A DNA stretch of 64,000 bases from a candidate division TM6 bacterium GW2011_GWF2_32_72 (GCA_945882015.1 CAMCVM010000003.1:33342-97341), one strand, 5' to 3'; positions 16,902 through 26,736 are shown, numbered from the stretch's first letter. The notes: generated from the letters alone by a model not told the origin. Numbers and translations: made by a program.

Positions 16902-18329
16902 ATGTCTATAAAGCCACCAGAAATGAAGAAAATGTTTGTTCTTGATACAAACGTACTGCTTCACGATCCCCGTGCAATTTTTAGCTTTGGTGATTCAATT
17001 GTAGGAATTCCCATAGCCGTGCTTGAAGAACTTGAAAATTTTAAAAAAGAATCATCTGAAAGGGGAAAAAGCGCTCGTGATTTTATTCGTTATCTTGATG
17101 AAATGCGCAAAAGTGGATCTTTAAGTGAAGGTGTTAAGCTTGAAGAAGGAGGAACATTAAAAGTACTTTTTTCACAGAGTGCGCTTCCGCATATTACATC
17201 GTTAAATCTTGATCTTGTCGATAATGAAATTTTACTCAATGCGCTTGCGATTAAAAATACTGGACAACCGGTTAAATTTATTTCAAAAGATTTAAATGCT
17301 CGAGTTAAAGCAGATGTGCTTGGTTTAGAATCCGAAGATTATCTTAAAGGGCATGTCCCGCGTGAAGAATTTTACAAAGGATGGGTCCGTTTAATGGTTC
17401 CTTCAGTACAACTTAAACAAGAAGTTCCTGATGACTTGATTGCTTTAAGTAAAGAGTATTCATTTATGCCTAATGAATACGTGCTGGTTGAATCGCAACA
17501 CAACCCCCATAATTATAAAATTTTTAGACATGTTAATTCTAAAAAAATGTTTAAAGCGATTGATCAACCGTCATTACGTTGGAATGTGGGAGCACGTAAT
17601 CCACAGCAAGTAATGGCACTTGATGCTTTATTTGATCCGACCTTAGAGTTTGTTGCTTTATTAGGGCCTGCAGGAACAGGAAAAACCTTTTTAGCATTAC
17701 TTGCAGGATTGCACCAAGTAATGGTTGAAGACTTGTATCAAAAATTATTAGTATCACGCCCTGTTGTTCCATTAGGACCTGACATTGGATATTTGCCAGG
17801 TGGGTTGCAAGAAAAAATGTTTTCATGGATGCAGCCTATTTATGACAACGTTGATGTTTTATTGCACGCAAGTAATAATCAAGAGCATCTTCAACAGGTA
17901 GAATCAGAAGCAATTGTTACGCTTGATGAACAACAGACGAAAAAAAAGAAAAAGAAAAAGCATGATGATAAAGGTGCACATAGAAATTCTTTAGGCTCTG
18001 TTGATGATCTTGTTAGTCAAGGCTTTATTAGTCTTGAAGCTATTACGTATATGCGTGGCCGTTCTATACCTTATCAGTTTATTCTTATTGATGAAGTACA
18101 AAATTTAAGTCCTCATGAGGCAAAAACTATTATTAGCCGTGTTGGTCAAGGGAGTAAAATCGTATTATGTGGTGACCCGTATCAGATCGATTCACCATAT
18201 TTAGATTTTAGTAGTAATGGTCTGGTTGTAGCCAGTGATAAATTTAAGGAGCAAGACTTATTTGCAACGGTATTTTTAGAAAGTAGTGAACGAAGCCGTT
18301 TAAGTCAACTTGCAGCGGAATTAATGTAA
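16902..18329 (+). CDS. PIN domain + PhoH-like ATPase (PhoH2/YlaK type)
   Basis: 475 aa. PIN N-terminus is VLDTNVLLHDP..VLEELE. PhoH Walker A is LLGPAGTGKTFLAL and Walker B is FILIDEVQNL. A lysine-rich insertion (TKKKKKKKHDDKG) lies between them. Confidence 0.85.
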   Translation: MSIKPPEMKKMFVLDTNVLLHDPRAIFSFGDSIVGIPIAVLEELENFKKESSERGKSARDFIRYLDEMRKSGSLSEGVKLEEGGTLKVLFSQSALPHITSLNLDLVDNEILLNALAIKNTGQPVKFISKDLNARVKADVLGLESEDYLKGHVPREEFYKGWVRLMVPSVQLKQEVPDDLIALSKEYSFMPNEYVLVESQHNPHNYKIFRHVNSKKMFKAIDQPSLRWNVGARNPQQVMALDALFDPTLEFVALLGPAGTGKTFLALLAGLHQVMVEDLYQKLLVSRPVVPLGPDIGYLPGGLQEKMFSWMQPIYDNVDVLLHASNNQEHLQQVESEAIVTLDEQQTKKKKKKKHDDKGAHRNSLGSVDDLVSQGFISLEAITYMRGRSIPYQFILIDEVQNLSPHEAKTIISRVGQGSKIVLCGDPYQIDSPYLDFSSNGLVVASDKFKEQDLFATVFLESSERSRLSQLAAELM

Positions 18330-19358
18330 TTAACTTTTGGTGGCCGCTTCCTCTATACTTTTATTAAGTGCTCGAGTTTTTTCTCCTGTATTTAAACTGA
18401 GTGTCATAGGGCGGCCCCAAATTTTCTCAAATGTTTTTTTATAAGAGTCACTCAGCGCTTCTTCTTTTTTATAAATAAGATCACTATCTTGATGAGCCGA
18501 TTTCATAATAAAGACCATACCGTCAGTATCAATTTTTTTAGTACTTATATGAGCTGCAAAAGTGGATAGGTTTTTTTTATGTAATGGGTAATCAGCACTT
18601 ATTTTTTTTACAATTTTAAGAAATTTTTGTCCGTCTTGTGATAAAAGAGCATTCTGTTGGGCATGTTGATTTTCGATCAATAAAAGAATCGTTGTTTTAT
18701 TAAGAGTAAGAGTTTCCGGGTACGTGTGGGTATAAGTCGGATGGAGTGTTGGGTGTGGTAAGGTAAATGCATGGTCTGAATAAAAAGAAAATAAGTTTTG
18801 TATAGTATTTTGATTGGGAGCATAGTCTGCATAATTATTTTGTGTGTCAAAAGGAAAAATCGGAGTTAACAATTGTATGACTACATCAAATTTATTTTTG
18901 GTACTATTACTTGCAAGGTTAATAACATTACCACCTTGCCCTATTCCAATAAAAATACACTGACTTTCTTTAAATCGATTTTTTAAATCATTGATTGCTG
19001 TTGCTAAATCTTGACCAGCTTGTTTTCTGATCTGTGCATTTTCTGCTTCTTGCCATTCAAAAAAAAGAACTATTGGTTTTTTTGTAGTAATAGATTTACC
19101 TAAGGTTAAAAGATCTTTTTGAACCATGATAGTTTGTGAAAAATTTTCCAGACTCTTGATCACTTGGTCATTAAAAATTTCTGGGACAATAATGCAAAAG
19201 ATTATATCTTCATTATTTTCAGGAACAGTGATAGTGCTATTTTTTTTATTATTACTCAGCGTTACCATTCCTTTAGGTAGCGGAGTAACTCCAGAACAGG
19301 AATATATAATCAAAGAAAATAAACAAAATTTTAAACCATAGACCCAACGTTTGTCCAT
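18330..19358 (-). CDS. hypothetical lipoprotein / secreted protein
   Basis: ORF 18330-19412. The likely start is the internal ATG at 19358, giving MDKRWVYGLKFCLFSLIIYSC (lipobox-like). No family was recognised. Its stop codon abuts the phoH2 stop (18327-18332, taatta). Confidence 0.6.
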   Translation of the reverse strand: MDKRWVYGLKFCLFSLIIYSCSGVTPLPKGMVTLSNNKKNSTITVPENNEDIIFCIIVPEIFNDQVIKSLENFSQTIMVQKDLLTLGKSITTKKPIVLFFEWQEAENAQIRKQAGQDLATAINDLKNRFKESQCIFIGIGQGGNVINLASNSTKNKFDVVIQLLTPIFPFDTQNNYADYAPNQNTIQNLFSFYSDHAFTLPHPTLHPTYTHTYPETLTLNKTTILLLIENQHAQQNALLSQDGQKFLKIVKKISADYPLHKKNLSTFAAHISTKKIDTDGMVFIMKSAHQDSDLIYKKEEALSDSYKKTFEKIWGRPMTLSLNTGEKTRALNKSIEEAATKS

Positions 19359-19415
19359 CGCTTTCCCCTTACCTTTTTTATATGCAAAGCTTCTTTTATC
19401 TTTGCACGCCAAGGT

Positions 19416-19598
19416 TTATTTTGTAAAGGGGTTGCAGGAAAGTAATCGAGAAATGATGAGGGGGATTGCTTTATAAAAAGGTTCTTTTGAAAGGAGCTCA
19501 AGTGCAAAATTGGTACAAGTAAATGAATACTTACAAGTTGCAGGACCAAGTAAAGGACGGAAGGTAATAATGCAGAGTGATAAAAAACGATTAATCAT
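19416..19598 (-). CDS. yidD: membrane protein insertion efficiency factor YidD
   Basis: 60 aa. RPLLGPATCKYSFTCTNFALE...ISRLLSCNPF matches the YidD/DUF37 pattern. It overlaps rnpA by 8 nt in the canonical rpmH-rnpA-yidD order. Confidence 0.8.
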   Translation of the reverse strand: MINRFLSLCIITFRPLLGPATCKYSFTCTNFALELLSKEPFYKAIPLIISRLLSCNPFTK

Positions 19599-19935
19599 TG
19601 CTATTTTGTAGTGCAGAAAAAAGAAGCTGTTTGAGTTTAGAGTAAGAAAGTTTTACACCTTGCTTGTCAGTGATCACAACGAAATTTTTTTGTGAAGCTG
19701 TAAAACCTTCTTCTCTGAAAATTGATCTGATACGTCGCTTGAATAAGTTACGCTCAGGGGCATTGCCACACGCTTTTGGTGTGACAATTAAAATTCTTGC
19801 GCAAGTAGCACTAGTTGAAGCTGTCAAAACACGAACACCACAATATCTTATTCTTAAACGAGCTTGTTTAAAAAGTTGATCAATCTCTTCTTGTAAAAAC
19901 GAAGAAATTTTACTTGTTAGTTGCGTCTTTGGCAT
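19591..19935 (-). CDS. rnpA: ribonuclease P protein component
   Basis: 114 aa with the RNR motif GNAPERNLFKRRIR. It lies immediately downstream of rpmH. Confidence 0.85.
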   Translation of the reverse strand: MPKTQLTSKISSFLQEEIDQLFKQARLRIRYCGVRVLTASTSATCARILIVTPKACGNAPERNLFKRRIRSIFREEGFTASQKNFVVITDKQGVKLSYSKLKQLLFSALQNSND

Positions 19936-19942
19936 TTTCCTC

Positions 19943-20086
19943 CTATGCGCGTACTGCTATTCTTTTTCTACCTTTTGCTCTGCGGCGATTTAAAATCTTT
20001 CTACCTTGACGAGTAGACATACGTTTACGAAAACCGTGTTTTCTATTTCTTTTTAAACGACTTTTTCTAAAAAATGTCACTGACAT
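19943..20086 (-). CDS. rpmH: 50S ribosomal protein L34
   Basis: Not in the ORF track because it is under 60 aa. The reverse strand translates to [47 protein letters not shown] (47 aa), a typical L34. Confidence 0.9.
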   Translation of the reverse strand: MSVTFFRKSRLKRNRKHGFRKRMSTRQGRKILNRRRAKGRKRIAVRA

Positions 20087-20199
20087 GCTTGCGTTCCTTC
20101 AACCTAAATAATAATGACAATATAAGCCTATTTTAAAGATAAATTAACTTTTTATCAATCAAAATTTACGTTAACGAGTAATAAGAGGAGCTTTTAAGC

Positions 20200-21135
20200 T
20201 TAAAGTGTCTCAAGAAACCTTTGGCAATCAAGTGCTGCCATGCATCCACTGCCGGCAGAAACGATAGCTTGGCGGTATTTAAAGTCTACTACATCCCCTG
20301 CTGCAAAGACACCGGCAACAGAAGTAAGTGTTCCATTTCGTGTTACAATATAGCCCATTTTATCAAGTTCTAACTGTTCTTTAAAAAGATGAGTATTGGG
20401 TTTTTGTCCAATAGCAAGAAACATGACATCAGCAGAAAGGGTAGTTTTTTCTTGAGTTTTTTGGTTTGTTACTACCACATGAGTAACATGGTTACCGTTA
20501 CCGATTACTTGTGTTACGGTGTGACTATATAAAATTTTAATAGTTTTATTATTAAGCACTCGTTCTTGCATAATCGGTGATGCAGTTAATTTATCAAAAA
20601 TATGAACAATGGTGATGTCACTCGTGTACTTAGTCATAAAAGAAGCATCTTCCATCGCAGTGTCTCCACCGCCGACAATTACTACTTTTTTATTTGGATA
20701 AAATGCACCATCACATACCGCACAAACAGTGACTCCTTTTCCCCAATAATCTTGTTCCCCAGGACATCCAAGTTTATTAGCAGATGCTCCTGTTGAAATA
20801 ATGACCGAATGGCTTTTATACGTTTTATTATTATTGGTCACAAGCGTAAAAGGGCGTTGCGAAAGATCAACGCTTACTATTTGTTCTGAAATTATCTGAG
20901 TTCCAAGATGTTGCGCTTGTTCTCTCATATTCATAACAAGCTGAGGACCCATAATACTTTTATTGCCTGGCCAGTTTTCAACCGCAGTTGTTCCCATGAG
21001 TTGACCACCTGGAGCAGATCCTTCAAATAATAAAGGCTTTAAAAAAGCTCGTGCAGTATAAATTCCAGCAGTAAGTCCAGCTGGACCAGAACCGATTATA
21101 ATAACGTCATGAATGTCTTGTTGGGGTTTGTTCAT
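20200..21135 (-). CDS. trxB: thioredoxin reductase
   Basis: 311 aa. FAD motif GSGPAGLTAGIY, redox centre CAVCDG, NADPH motif GGGDTAMEDA. Confidence 0.93.
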   Translation of the reverse strand: MNKPQQDIHDVIIIGSGPAGLTAGIYTARAFLKPLLFEGSAPGGQLMGTTAVENWPGNKSIMGPQLVMNMREQAQHLGTQIISEQIVSVDLSQRPFTLVTNNNKTYKSHSVIISTGASANKLGCPGEQDYWGKGVTVCAVCDGAFYPNKKVVIVGGGDTAMEDASFMTKYTSDITIVHIFDKLTASPIMQERVLNNKTIKILYSHTVTQVIGNGNHVTHVVVTNQKTQEKTTLSADVMFLAIGQKPNTHLFKEQLELDKMGYIVTRNGTLTSVAGVFAAGDVVDFKYRQAIVSAGSGCMAALDCQRFLETL

Positions 21136-22448
21136 GGGACTCTTGCCTTTTGCTTAGAAAGAGAATGTATTGCATAATTAAGTGTTTTTTCTCTTAAACA
21201 GGATTCTTCAAGAAGCGCAGCAGAAAGCGGCATTTCTTGACCAAGGAATTTTGAATGAGGTGGTTCAAAATAAATAAATTCTTTAGTTCGAGGTCGCTTA
21301 GTAAGATTAAGATAATTTTTTATATCATCAACTCCAACAGCAATATTTTCATAGTAAGCAAGTTGGTGCGTTAAAATAACTTCCTTTACTTGTTTGATTG
21401 CAAGTTTTTTTACTTTATCATTAAAGTCATCTTGCATTCTATACACTTGATAATCAGGGTTATCGTGAATAGCATCAAGAATTTCTTTTTGCTGTCGTAA
21501 CACTAAATGGTTAGGAACATCAAAAGCATGCCGCGAAAGCAATAATTTTAATGTCTCTTCTGCTGTTGAACGTCTTTGTGAAATATCATTTCGATATGAA
21601 AAAACTTCAATCATTTTTTCATGAAGTTCTTGATTGTTTTTAATTTTAAAATGTTTTTTGAATTCATCAAGATCAAAATAGGCAAACGGTGTGAAATCTA
21701 AGACTTTTATGGCAAAAGGATAATGCGTTTCGATATGGCTGCTAAAATATTCTTGTAAACTGAGTTCTGTTGTAACAAATGTATCACCAATTTTTTTTCC
21801 AATAAAGAGCGTATTAAATGGTAAATCAGCTTCTTCAAAACCAATTTTTAACCATAATGTTTCTGGGGTTCCTTCAAAGATGCTTTTTCCTTGCATATCA
21901 AGTAACTGCACTGAAAAATGAACCCAGTCACCTATTTGGATTTCAGTGTTGCGAGCATTTTTTTGAGCTGTTGCTTCTTCTTTCAAAAAATTCTTTACCT
22001 GGCGATCAAGATCTTTATAATTTTTTCGTCGAGGAGCTTTAAACGGAAGCCGTTTCCACCCTTGTAATGAAATAGGTTGAGCAAGGGTTAATGAAAAACT
22101 GTAACAAGCACCACTAAGAGGTGTAATGCTAATATCAGTTAACCGAGGCTGACCTGCAAGTAAAATTTTATTATCAGAAATTTTTCTATGAAGCCAACTA
22201 ATCACAAAATATTTGAAAAAAAATTCCTTAATATGTTCTAACAAATGTGGTTGGAAATTTGATTCAATATAAGAAAGAGGAGTCGTTCCTTTTAAAAAAC
22301 CAGGAGTATGAGTTCCTAGTTGCTGTGTTGAGGAAGCTAAAGAATACAATTTTTTTACGTAATTATCAGGTATTGTAATAGTAGTGTACGCAAAATGAGG
22401 ACCGATATGCTTTAAAGAGAAATCAAGATCAGCTTGATGTTCTTTCAT
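21132..22448 (-). CDS. tig: trigger factor (divergent)
   Basis: 438 aa. PGFLKGTTP resembles the TF ribosome-binding signature GFRxGxxP. A central FKBP-like segment reads IGDWVHFSVQLLDMQGKSIFEG..LWLKIG. It overlaps trxB by ATGA. Confidence 0.6.
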   Translation of the reverse strand: MKEHQADLDFSLKHIGPHFAYTTITIPDNYVKKLYSLASSTQQLGTHTPGFLKGTTPLSYIESNFQPHLLEHIKEFFFKYFVISWLHRKISDNKILLAGQPRLTDISITPLSGACYSFSLTLAQPISLQGWKRLPFKAPRRKNYKDLDRQVKNFLKEEATAQKNARNTEIQIGDWVHFSVQLLDMQGKSIFEGTPETLWLKIGFEEADLPFNTLFIGKKIGDTFVTTELSLQEYFSSHIETHYPFAIKVLDFTPFAYFDLDEFKKHFKIKNNQELHEKMIEVFSYRNDISQRRSTAEETLKLLLSRHAFDVPNHLVLRQQKEILDAIHDNPDYQVYRMQDDFNDKVKKLAIKQVKEVILTHQLAYYENIAVGVDDIKNYLNLTKRPRTKEFIYFEPPHSKFLGQEMPLSAALLEESCLREKTLNYAIHSLSKQKARVP

Positions 22449-22466
22449 TACTACTCCTTACCCTTA

Positions 22467-22553
22467 TGGTGCGAGAGGAGGGACTTGAACCCACACTCCG
22501 ATTAGGGAACTGGATCCTAAGTCCAGTGCGTCTGCCAATTTCGCCACTCTCGC
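22467..22553 (-). tRNA. tRNA-Leu (anticodon UAG), class II long variable arm, CCA encoded
   Basis: The reverse strand is GCGAGAGTGGCGAAATTGGCAGACGCACTGGACTTAGGATCCAGTTCCCTAATCGGAGTGTGGGTTCAAGTCCCTCCTCTCGCACCA. Anticodon arm is CTGGA-CTTAGGA-TCCAG. There is one U-U mismatch in the T stem. Confidence 0.9.
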
Positions 22554-22566
22554 ATATACTTTTTTA

Positions 22567-22639
22567 TGGGCCGTATTGGAATCGAACCAATAACCTGCAG
22601 ATTAAGAGTCTGTCGCTCTACCAATTGAGCTAACGGCCC
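22567..22639 (-). tRNA. tRNA-Lys (anticodon CUU), CCA not encoded
   Basis: The reverse strand is GGGCCGTTAGCTCAATTGGTAGAGCGACAGACTCTTAATCTGCAGGTTATTGGTTCGATTCCAATACGGCCCA. It resembles bacterial tRNA-Lys, with anticodon loop CTCTTAA. Confidence 0.88.
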
Positions 22640-22703
22640 TTAGTCTTTTGAAGCTTAATACCCTACATAGTGTATCAAAAGCAATAAGAAAGTAAAAGAG
22701 GAA

Positions 22704-23291
22704 TTATAACTTTAAATCACTTTCTTTTTTTGCTGCTAATTCTTCAGCCTTTTTAATGGACTGATCGGTTAATTTTTGCAACAAATCATTAAGACGTTTT
22801 GCAAAATCATCAGAAATAGCTTTATCTTTTTGACAGTCTCTGACAAAATTCTGTACGTTTTTACGAATATTTCTAACACTTACTCTGCATTCTTCAAGTT
22901 TTTTACCAAGCAGTTTGAGTAATTCTTCACGACGATCAGAAGACATTTCTTGCAGCTGCAATCTAATGATGTTTCCATCATTGATTGGTGTTAATCCAGT
23001 GTCAGATTCTTTAATTGCACGTTCAATATCAACTAACGTTGTCGGGTCCCATGGTTGCACAACAATGCAACGAGGTTCTGGAGTAGAAATAGAAGCTAAA
23101 CTTTTAAGTGGAAGTTCTGACTCTCCCCCATAACATACAACTTTGATGCTTTCGATCATAGCTGGATGCGCTCTTCCTGAACGAATTCCAACAAGTTCAT
23201 GCTCAAAATGCTTAATGCTTTTGGTCATTTCTTCTTGAGTTGCTTTTTCAAAAGGCGCGGTTGCCCCTTCTGTCAGAGTAATACCAATCAT
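22704..23291 (-). CDS. frr: ribosome recycling factor
   Basis: 195 aa. IRSGRAHPAMIESIKV, SSDRREELLK and VRNIRKN align with RRF. Confidence 0.9.
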   Translation of the reverse strand: MIGITLTEGATAPFEKATQEEMTKSIKHFEHELVGIRSGRAHPAMIESIKVVCYGGESELPLKSLASISTPEPRCIVVQPWDPTTLVDIERAIKESDTGLTPINDGNIIRLQLQEMSSDRREELLKLLGKKLEECRVSVRNIRKNVQNFVRDCQKDKAISDDFAKRLNDLLQKLTDQSIKKAEELAAKKESDLKL

Positions 23292-23311
23292 ATGTTTCCT
23301 TTAGCGTAAAA

Positions 23312-23908
23312 TTACGCTCCAATTTGATAACGAGCAAATCGACGAATTTTAATTTTTTCACCAAACTTACCAATGACATCTTTAATCACTTCATCAACAG
23401 TAAGCTTGTCATTTTTTACAAACTTTTGTTGTAAAAGACAGACGTCGGCATAAAGCTTTTGCACTTTGCCTTCAATGATTTTTTCAACAAAATCACCTTT
23501 TTTGCCTTCTTGTGCTAACTGTTCTCTCATAAAAGTTTTTTCTTTTTCTAAGAACGCAGTATCAACTTCTTCAGGGCTTAAATATAAAGGATTTGATGCA
23601 GCAATGTGCATTCCGATATCATTAGCCAACTGTTTTAACGATTCATTGCGCGCTACAAAATCTGTCTCGCAATTAATTTCAATTAAAACGCCAATCAATG
23701 AACCAGGGTGGATGTACGCATGTACAAGGCCAGCAGCGGTTTCATTGTCGCCTCTTTTTGCAGCAACTTTAGCGCCTTTTTTGCGCAACAGGTCAACTGC
23801 TACTTCCATATCACATCCAGCTTCTTCAAGAGCATTTTTGCAATCCATCATGCCCATGCTGGTTCGTTCACGTAACTTTTGTATTTGTTCTAAACTAGGC
23901 TTTGTCAT
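23312..23908 (-). CDS. tsf: elongation factor Ts (short form)
   Basis: 198 aa with an N-terminal UBA-like region (IQKLRERTSMGMMDCKNALEEAGCDMEVAVDLLRKKG) and INCETDFVARN. Confidence 0.9.
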   Translation of the reverse strand: MTKPSLEQIQKLRERTSMGMMDCKNALEEAGCDMEVAVDLLRKKGAKVAAKRGDNETAAGLVHAYIHPGSLIGVLIEINCETDFVARNESLKQLANDIGMHIAASNPLYLSPEEVDTAFLEKEKTFMREQLAQEGKKGDFVEKIIEGKVQKLYADVCLLQQKFVKNDKLTVDEVIKDVIGKFGEKIKIRRFARYQIGA

Positions 23909-24010
23909 ATAAGCTCCTTGCTTTTGACGCTATTACTTATTGTTTTCTAGTGTGCCAGAAGTAGTTTTTTTGGCAATAAAAAGCTAATGATAAGGTTTAA
24001 GAAAGCTTAT

Positions 24011-25654
24011 TTACATAGTTTCTGGTTTTGAAACGCCCATTAAATCTAAGCAACGTTCAAATTGTTCTTTAACTAGAGTAGTCAGTAAAAGTCGACCACG
24101 GCTTTGGCCTATAGTCTCAGGTTCAATAACTCGATTATGGTGGTAATAATTGTGGAAAATATGAGCAACTTCTAAAAGATAATAAGCGATCAAGTGTACC
24201 TGATGATTGGTTGCAATCGTAGCTAACAAAGTTTTTAATTCAATAATTTTTTTGAGCATCAGCACTTCACCATCAGTCAAGTATTGTGCATCATCGGCAG
24301 TAATACCTTGTAAGCCAGGGTGTTCTTGTGCCTTTTCTAAAATGCTTTTTGTTCTAACATAAGCGTATTGTAAATAATAGACAGGGTTTTCATCAGTTTT
24401 TGAAAGTGCTAAGTCCATATCAAAATCAAGATGCGCATCGGCTTTTCTGTTTAAGTAGAAAAAACGTGCAATATCTTTACCAACTGTTTGCGTAACATCA
24501 GATAATCCAATAATTCTGCCAGCTCGTTTTGAAAGTTTTAAATATTGGTCGCCTTCTTTGATAGATACTAATTGGTAGATAATGCATTCCAGTTTAACGT
24601 CATCAAGGTCAAGTGCTTTTCTAATACCTTCAAGTCGTTTTGGATAGCTATGATGATCTTGACCAAGTACAATAATTAAATGGTTAAAGCCACGTTCTGC
24701 TTTAGCAAGTAAATATGCTGCATCAGCAGCGGCATAGGTGTATTCACCATCAGCTTTTTTAAGGACTCGGTCTTTATCGTCCCCAAAATAAGTCGAACGG
24801 AACCACAATGCACCTTCAGAATGGTAGAGGTAACCATTTTTTTCTAAAAGTTCAAGTGCTTGTTTAATTTTATTGCCATGTAATGTTTGTTCAGAAAACC
24901 AAACATCAAATTCAATGCCATACTCATGTAACGTTGTTTTAAGAAGCGCTAATAAATGTTGGTAACCGTATTGAATAAAAAATGTGTTTGGTTTTTCAAG
25001 CACGGCTTTTCCGTGTTCTTGAATACATTGCGCAGCCAAATCTTTAAGGTACTGACCTTGGTAAGCATCTTCTGGCATAATAACTAAATGGCCAAGTTCT
25101 TGCTGACAACGAATTTTTAATGAGTTACCTAATTTTTGCATTTGTGCGCCAGCATCATTGATATAATGTTCGGCTGATACTTGATACCCTAAAAATTTTA
25201 AAACACGAGTAAGTGTGTCTCCAATAATACCGCCTCTGCCATGTCCAAGATGTAATGGGCCTGTTGGATTGGCACTGACAAATTCAACATTGTAACGTGT
25301 AAGAGGATTTTCAACTTTAAAGAATTTATGTTTCTGATTAAAAAGATCCTGAGAAAGTGACTGAAAAACAGCTAAAGTAAGGTGAAAATTTAAAAAACCT
25401 GGACCAGCGCTTTCAATTTTTGTTACAAAAGGGTGCTTAAAATTGGTAATAATTGCTTGTGCTATGTCCCGAGGTGCTTTATTTATTTGTTTTGCAAGTT
25501 GCAATGCAACGGTGCAGTTGATATCACCAAATTGTGCTTTTTGAGGGTCAGTATTAATGACAAAATCAATATCGCGGCGCTGTTCAGGGGTAAGCGAAAA
25601 GTGATTAATCAAAAATTCAGAAAACGATTGTTTTAAATTCTCAAGAGCATTCAT
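24011..25654 (-). CDS. argS: arginyl-tRNA synthetase
   Basis: 547 aa. HIGH region is SANPTGPLHLGHGRG. It has an ArgRS N-domain and a C-terminal anticodon-binding domain. Confidence 0.93.
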   Translation of the reverse strand: MNALENLKQSFSEFLINHFSLTPEQRRDIDFVINTDPQKAQFGDINCTVALQLAKQINKAPRDIAQAIITNFKHPFVTKIESAGPGFLNFHLTLAVFQSLSQDLFNQKHKFFKVENPLTRYNVEFVSANPTGPLHLGHGRGGIIGDTLTRVLKFLGYQVSAEHYINDAGAQMQKLGNSLKIRCQQELGHLVIMPEDAYQGQYLKDLAAQCIQEHGKAVLEKPNTFFIQYGYQHLLALLKTTLHEYGIEFDVWFSEQTLHGNKIKQALELLEKNGYLYHSEGALWFRSTYFGDDKDRVLKKADGEYTYAAADAAYLLAKAERGFNHLIIVLGQDHHSYPKRLEGIRKALDLDDVKLECIIYQLVSIKEGDQYLKLSKRAGRIIGLSDVTQTVGKDIARFFYLNRKADAHLDFDMDLALSKTDENPVYYLQYAYVRTKSILEKAQEHPGLQGITADDAQYLTDGEVLMLKKIIELKTLLATIATNHQVHLIAYYLLEVAHIFHNYYHHNRVIEPETIGQSRGRLLLTTLVKEQFERCLDLMGVSKPETM

Positions 25655-25732
25655 GGTAAACCTTTATAGTAAAAATATACTGTTACAGCATACTTAAAAA
25701 CCTCTAAAAAGTCATCTTTACTATTTATAGTT

Positions 25733-26041
25733 TTATTCGCAACAGGCTGAAGATATATGGATTATTCCATAACACCCAGTTGCAGAGCTTGCAATTAATC
25801 CAGCAACAACTAATGGATTAGTACAGCACATTACGCCACATACTCCTGCTCCAACAGCTCCTGCTATAAGCGCTAGAGGCCCTAACGGTTCACATTCTTG
25901 TCCAGGAAGTCTTATGTGATGAGGATTATTGTTACCAGGTAAAAGTAGGGCTGCCGGATTAACAATTACAAGCCTATCTTGACTTGCATGGGTCTTTAAA
26001 ATTGTAAAGCAGAGAACAATAAGCAGTTTAAAAGTAGCCAT
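25733..26041 (-). CDS. small secreted/membrane protein with a Gly/Ala/Cys-rich hydrophobic C-terminus
   Basis: 102 aa. Signal peptide is MATFKLLIVLCFTILKTHA. The C-terminus is LALIAGAVGAGVCGVMCCTNPLVVAGLIASSATGCYGIIHISSACCE, with 8 Cys in the mature part. No family was recognised. Confidence 0.55.
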   Translation of the reverse strand: MATFKLLIVLCFTILKTHASQDRLVIVNPAALLLPGNNNPHHIRLPGQECEPLGPLALIAGAVGAGVCGVMCCTNPLVVAGLIASSATGCYGIIHISSACCE

Positions 26042-26076
26042 AGTTAATCACCTTTTATGTAAAAATTTTACATAGC

Positions 26077-26736
26077 CTATGATGACTTTTTTTCTAAAGC
26101 AAATTTTTCTTCTGCTGTTTGAAAAAATAGATTAATCAAAACGGCAATAGCTAATACTTCTTCGTGAGGGTCAAATATAATATCGTATTTTTCTTGTTGT
26201 ATTCTATGCTTATGATTTTCGCATGCAACTCTAATCAGATCGGTCAGTTCAATCCCTTCTGTTCGTTCTTCTTCCAAAGAGAGTGCTTCTTTAAAAGTTT
26301 GATAAAGGATAGGTGAAAAATCATCAGAAATAAAAGGAAGAAAGGTTTTTTTTAATGTACTTTTGTATTCATCTGTATTGAGAGCTGAATAATTAATCCG
26401 AGCTATTTTATGAATTGGCGGATTGTATCCAGAAAATTTTGCTGCAACTTGCATCATAAGTGGTAATTTTTCTTGGAAAGTTTCTTTTTTTGTAATGTTA
26501 TTAAACATTGTAGCTAAAAAATTTTTAAGTTTTTCATCTCGAAGTGCAAACAGTTTTTTATTTTCAATTTCTTGTTGAGCATGAGATGTTTTTTGCATGT
26601 CAGCATCTGTAATTCCAAAAAATGCTTGTTCTGCTAATTCTCCTGCTGTAATAAAAGACTGATTAAATGCTCCTGATTCAGCGCAAGAGGCTGAGCTTAT
26701 TGTTATGGTTATTATGATGAAAATTACTTTGTGCAT
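26077..26736 (-). CDS. hypothetical secreted protein (possible lipoprotein)
   Basis: 219 aa with signal MHKVIFIIITITISSASC. The rest looks helical. No family was recognised. Confidence 0.6.
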   Translation of the reverse strand: MHKVIFIIITITISSASCAESGAFNQSFITAGELAEQAFFGITDADMQKTSHAQQEIENKKLFALRDEKLKNFLATMFNNITKKETFQEKLPLMMQVAAKFSGYNPPIHKIARINYSALNTDEYKSTLKKTFLPFISDDFSPILYQTFKEALSLEEERTEGIELTDLIRVACENHKHRIQQEKYDIIFDPHEEVLAIAVLINLFFQTAEEKFALEKKSS

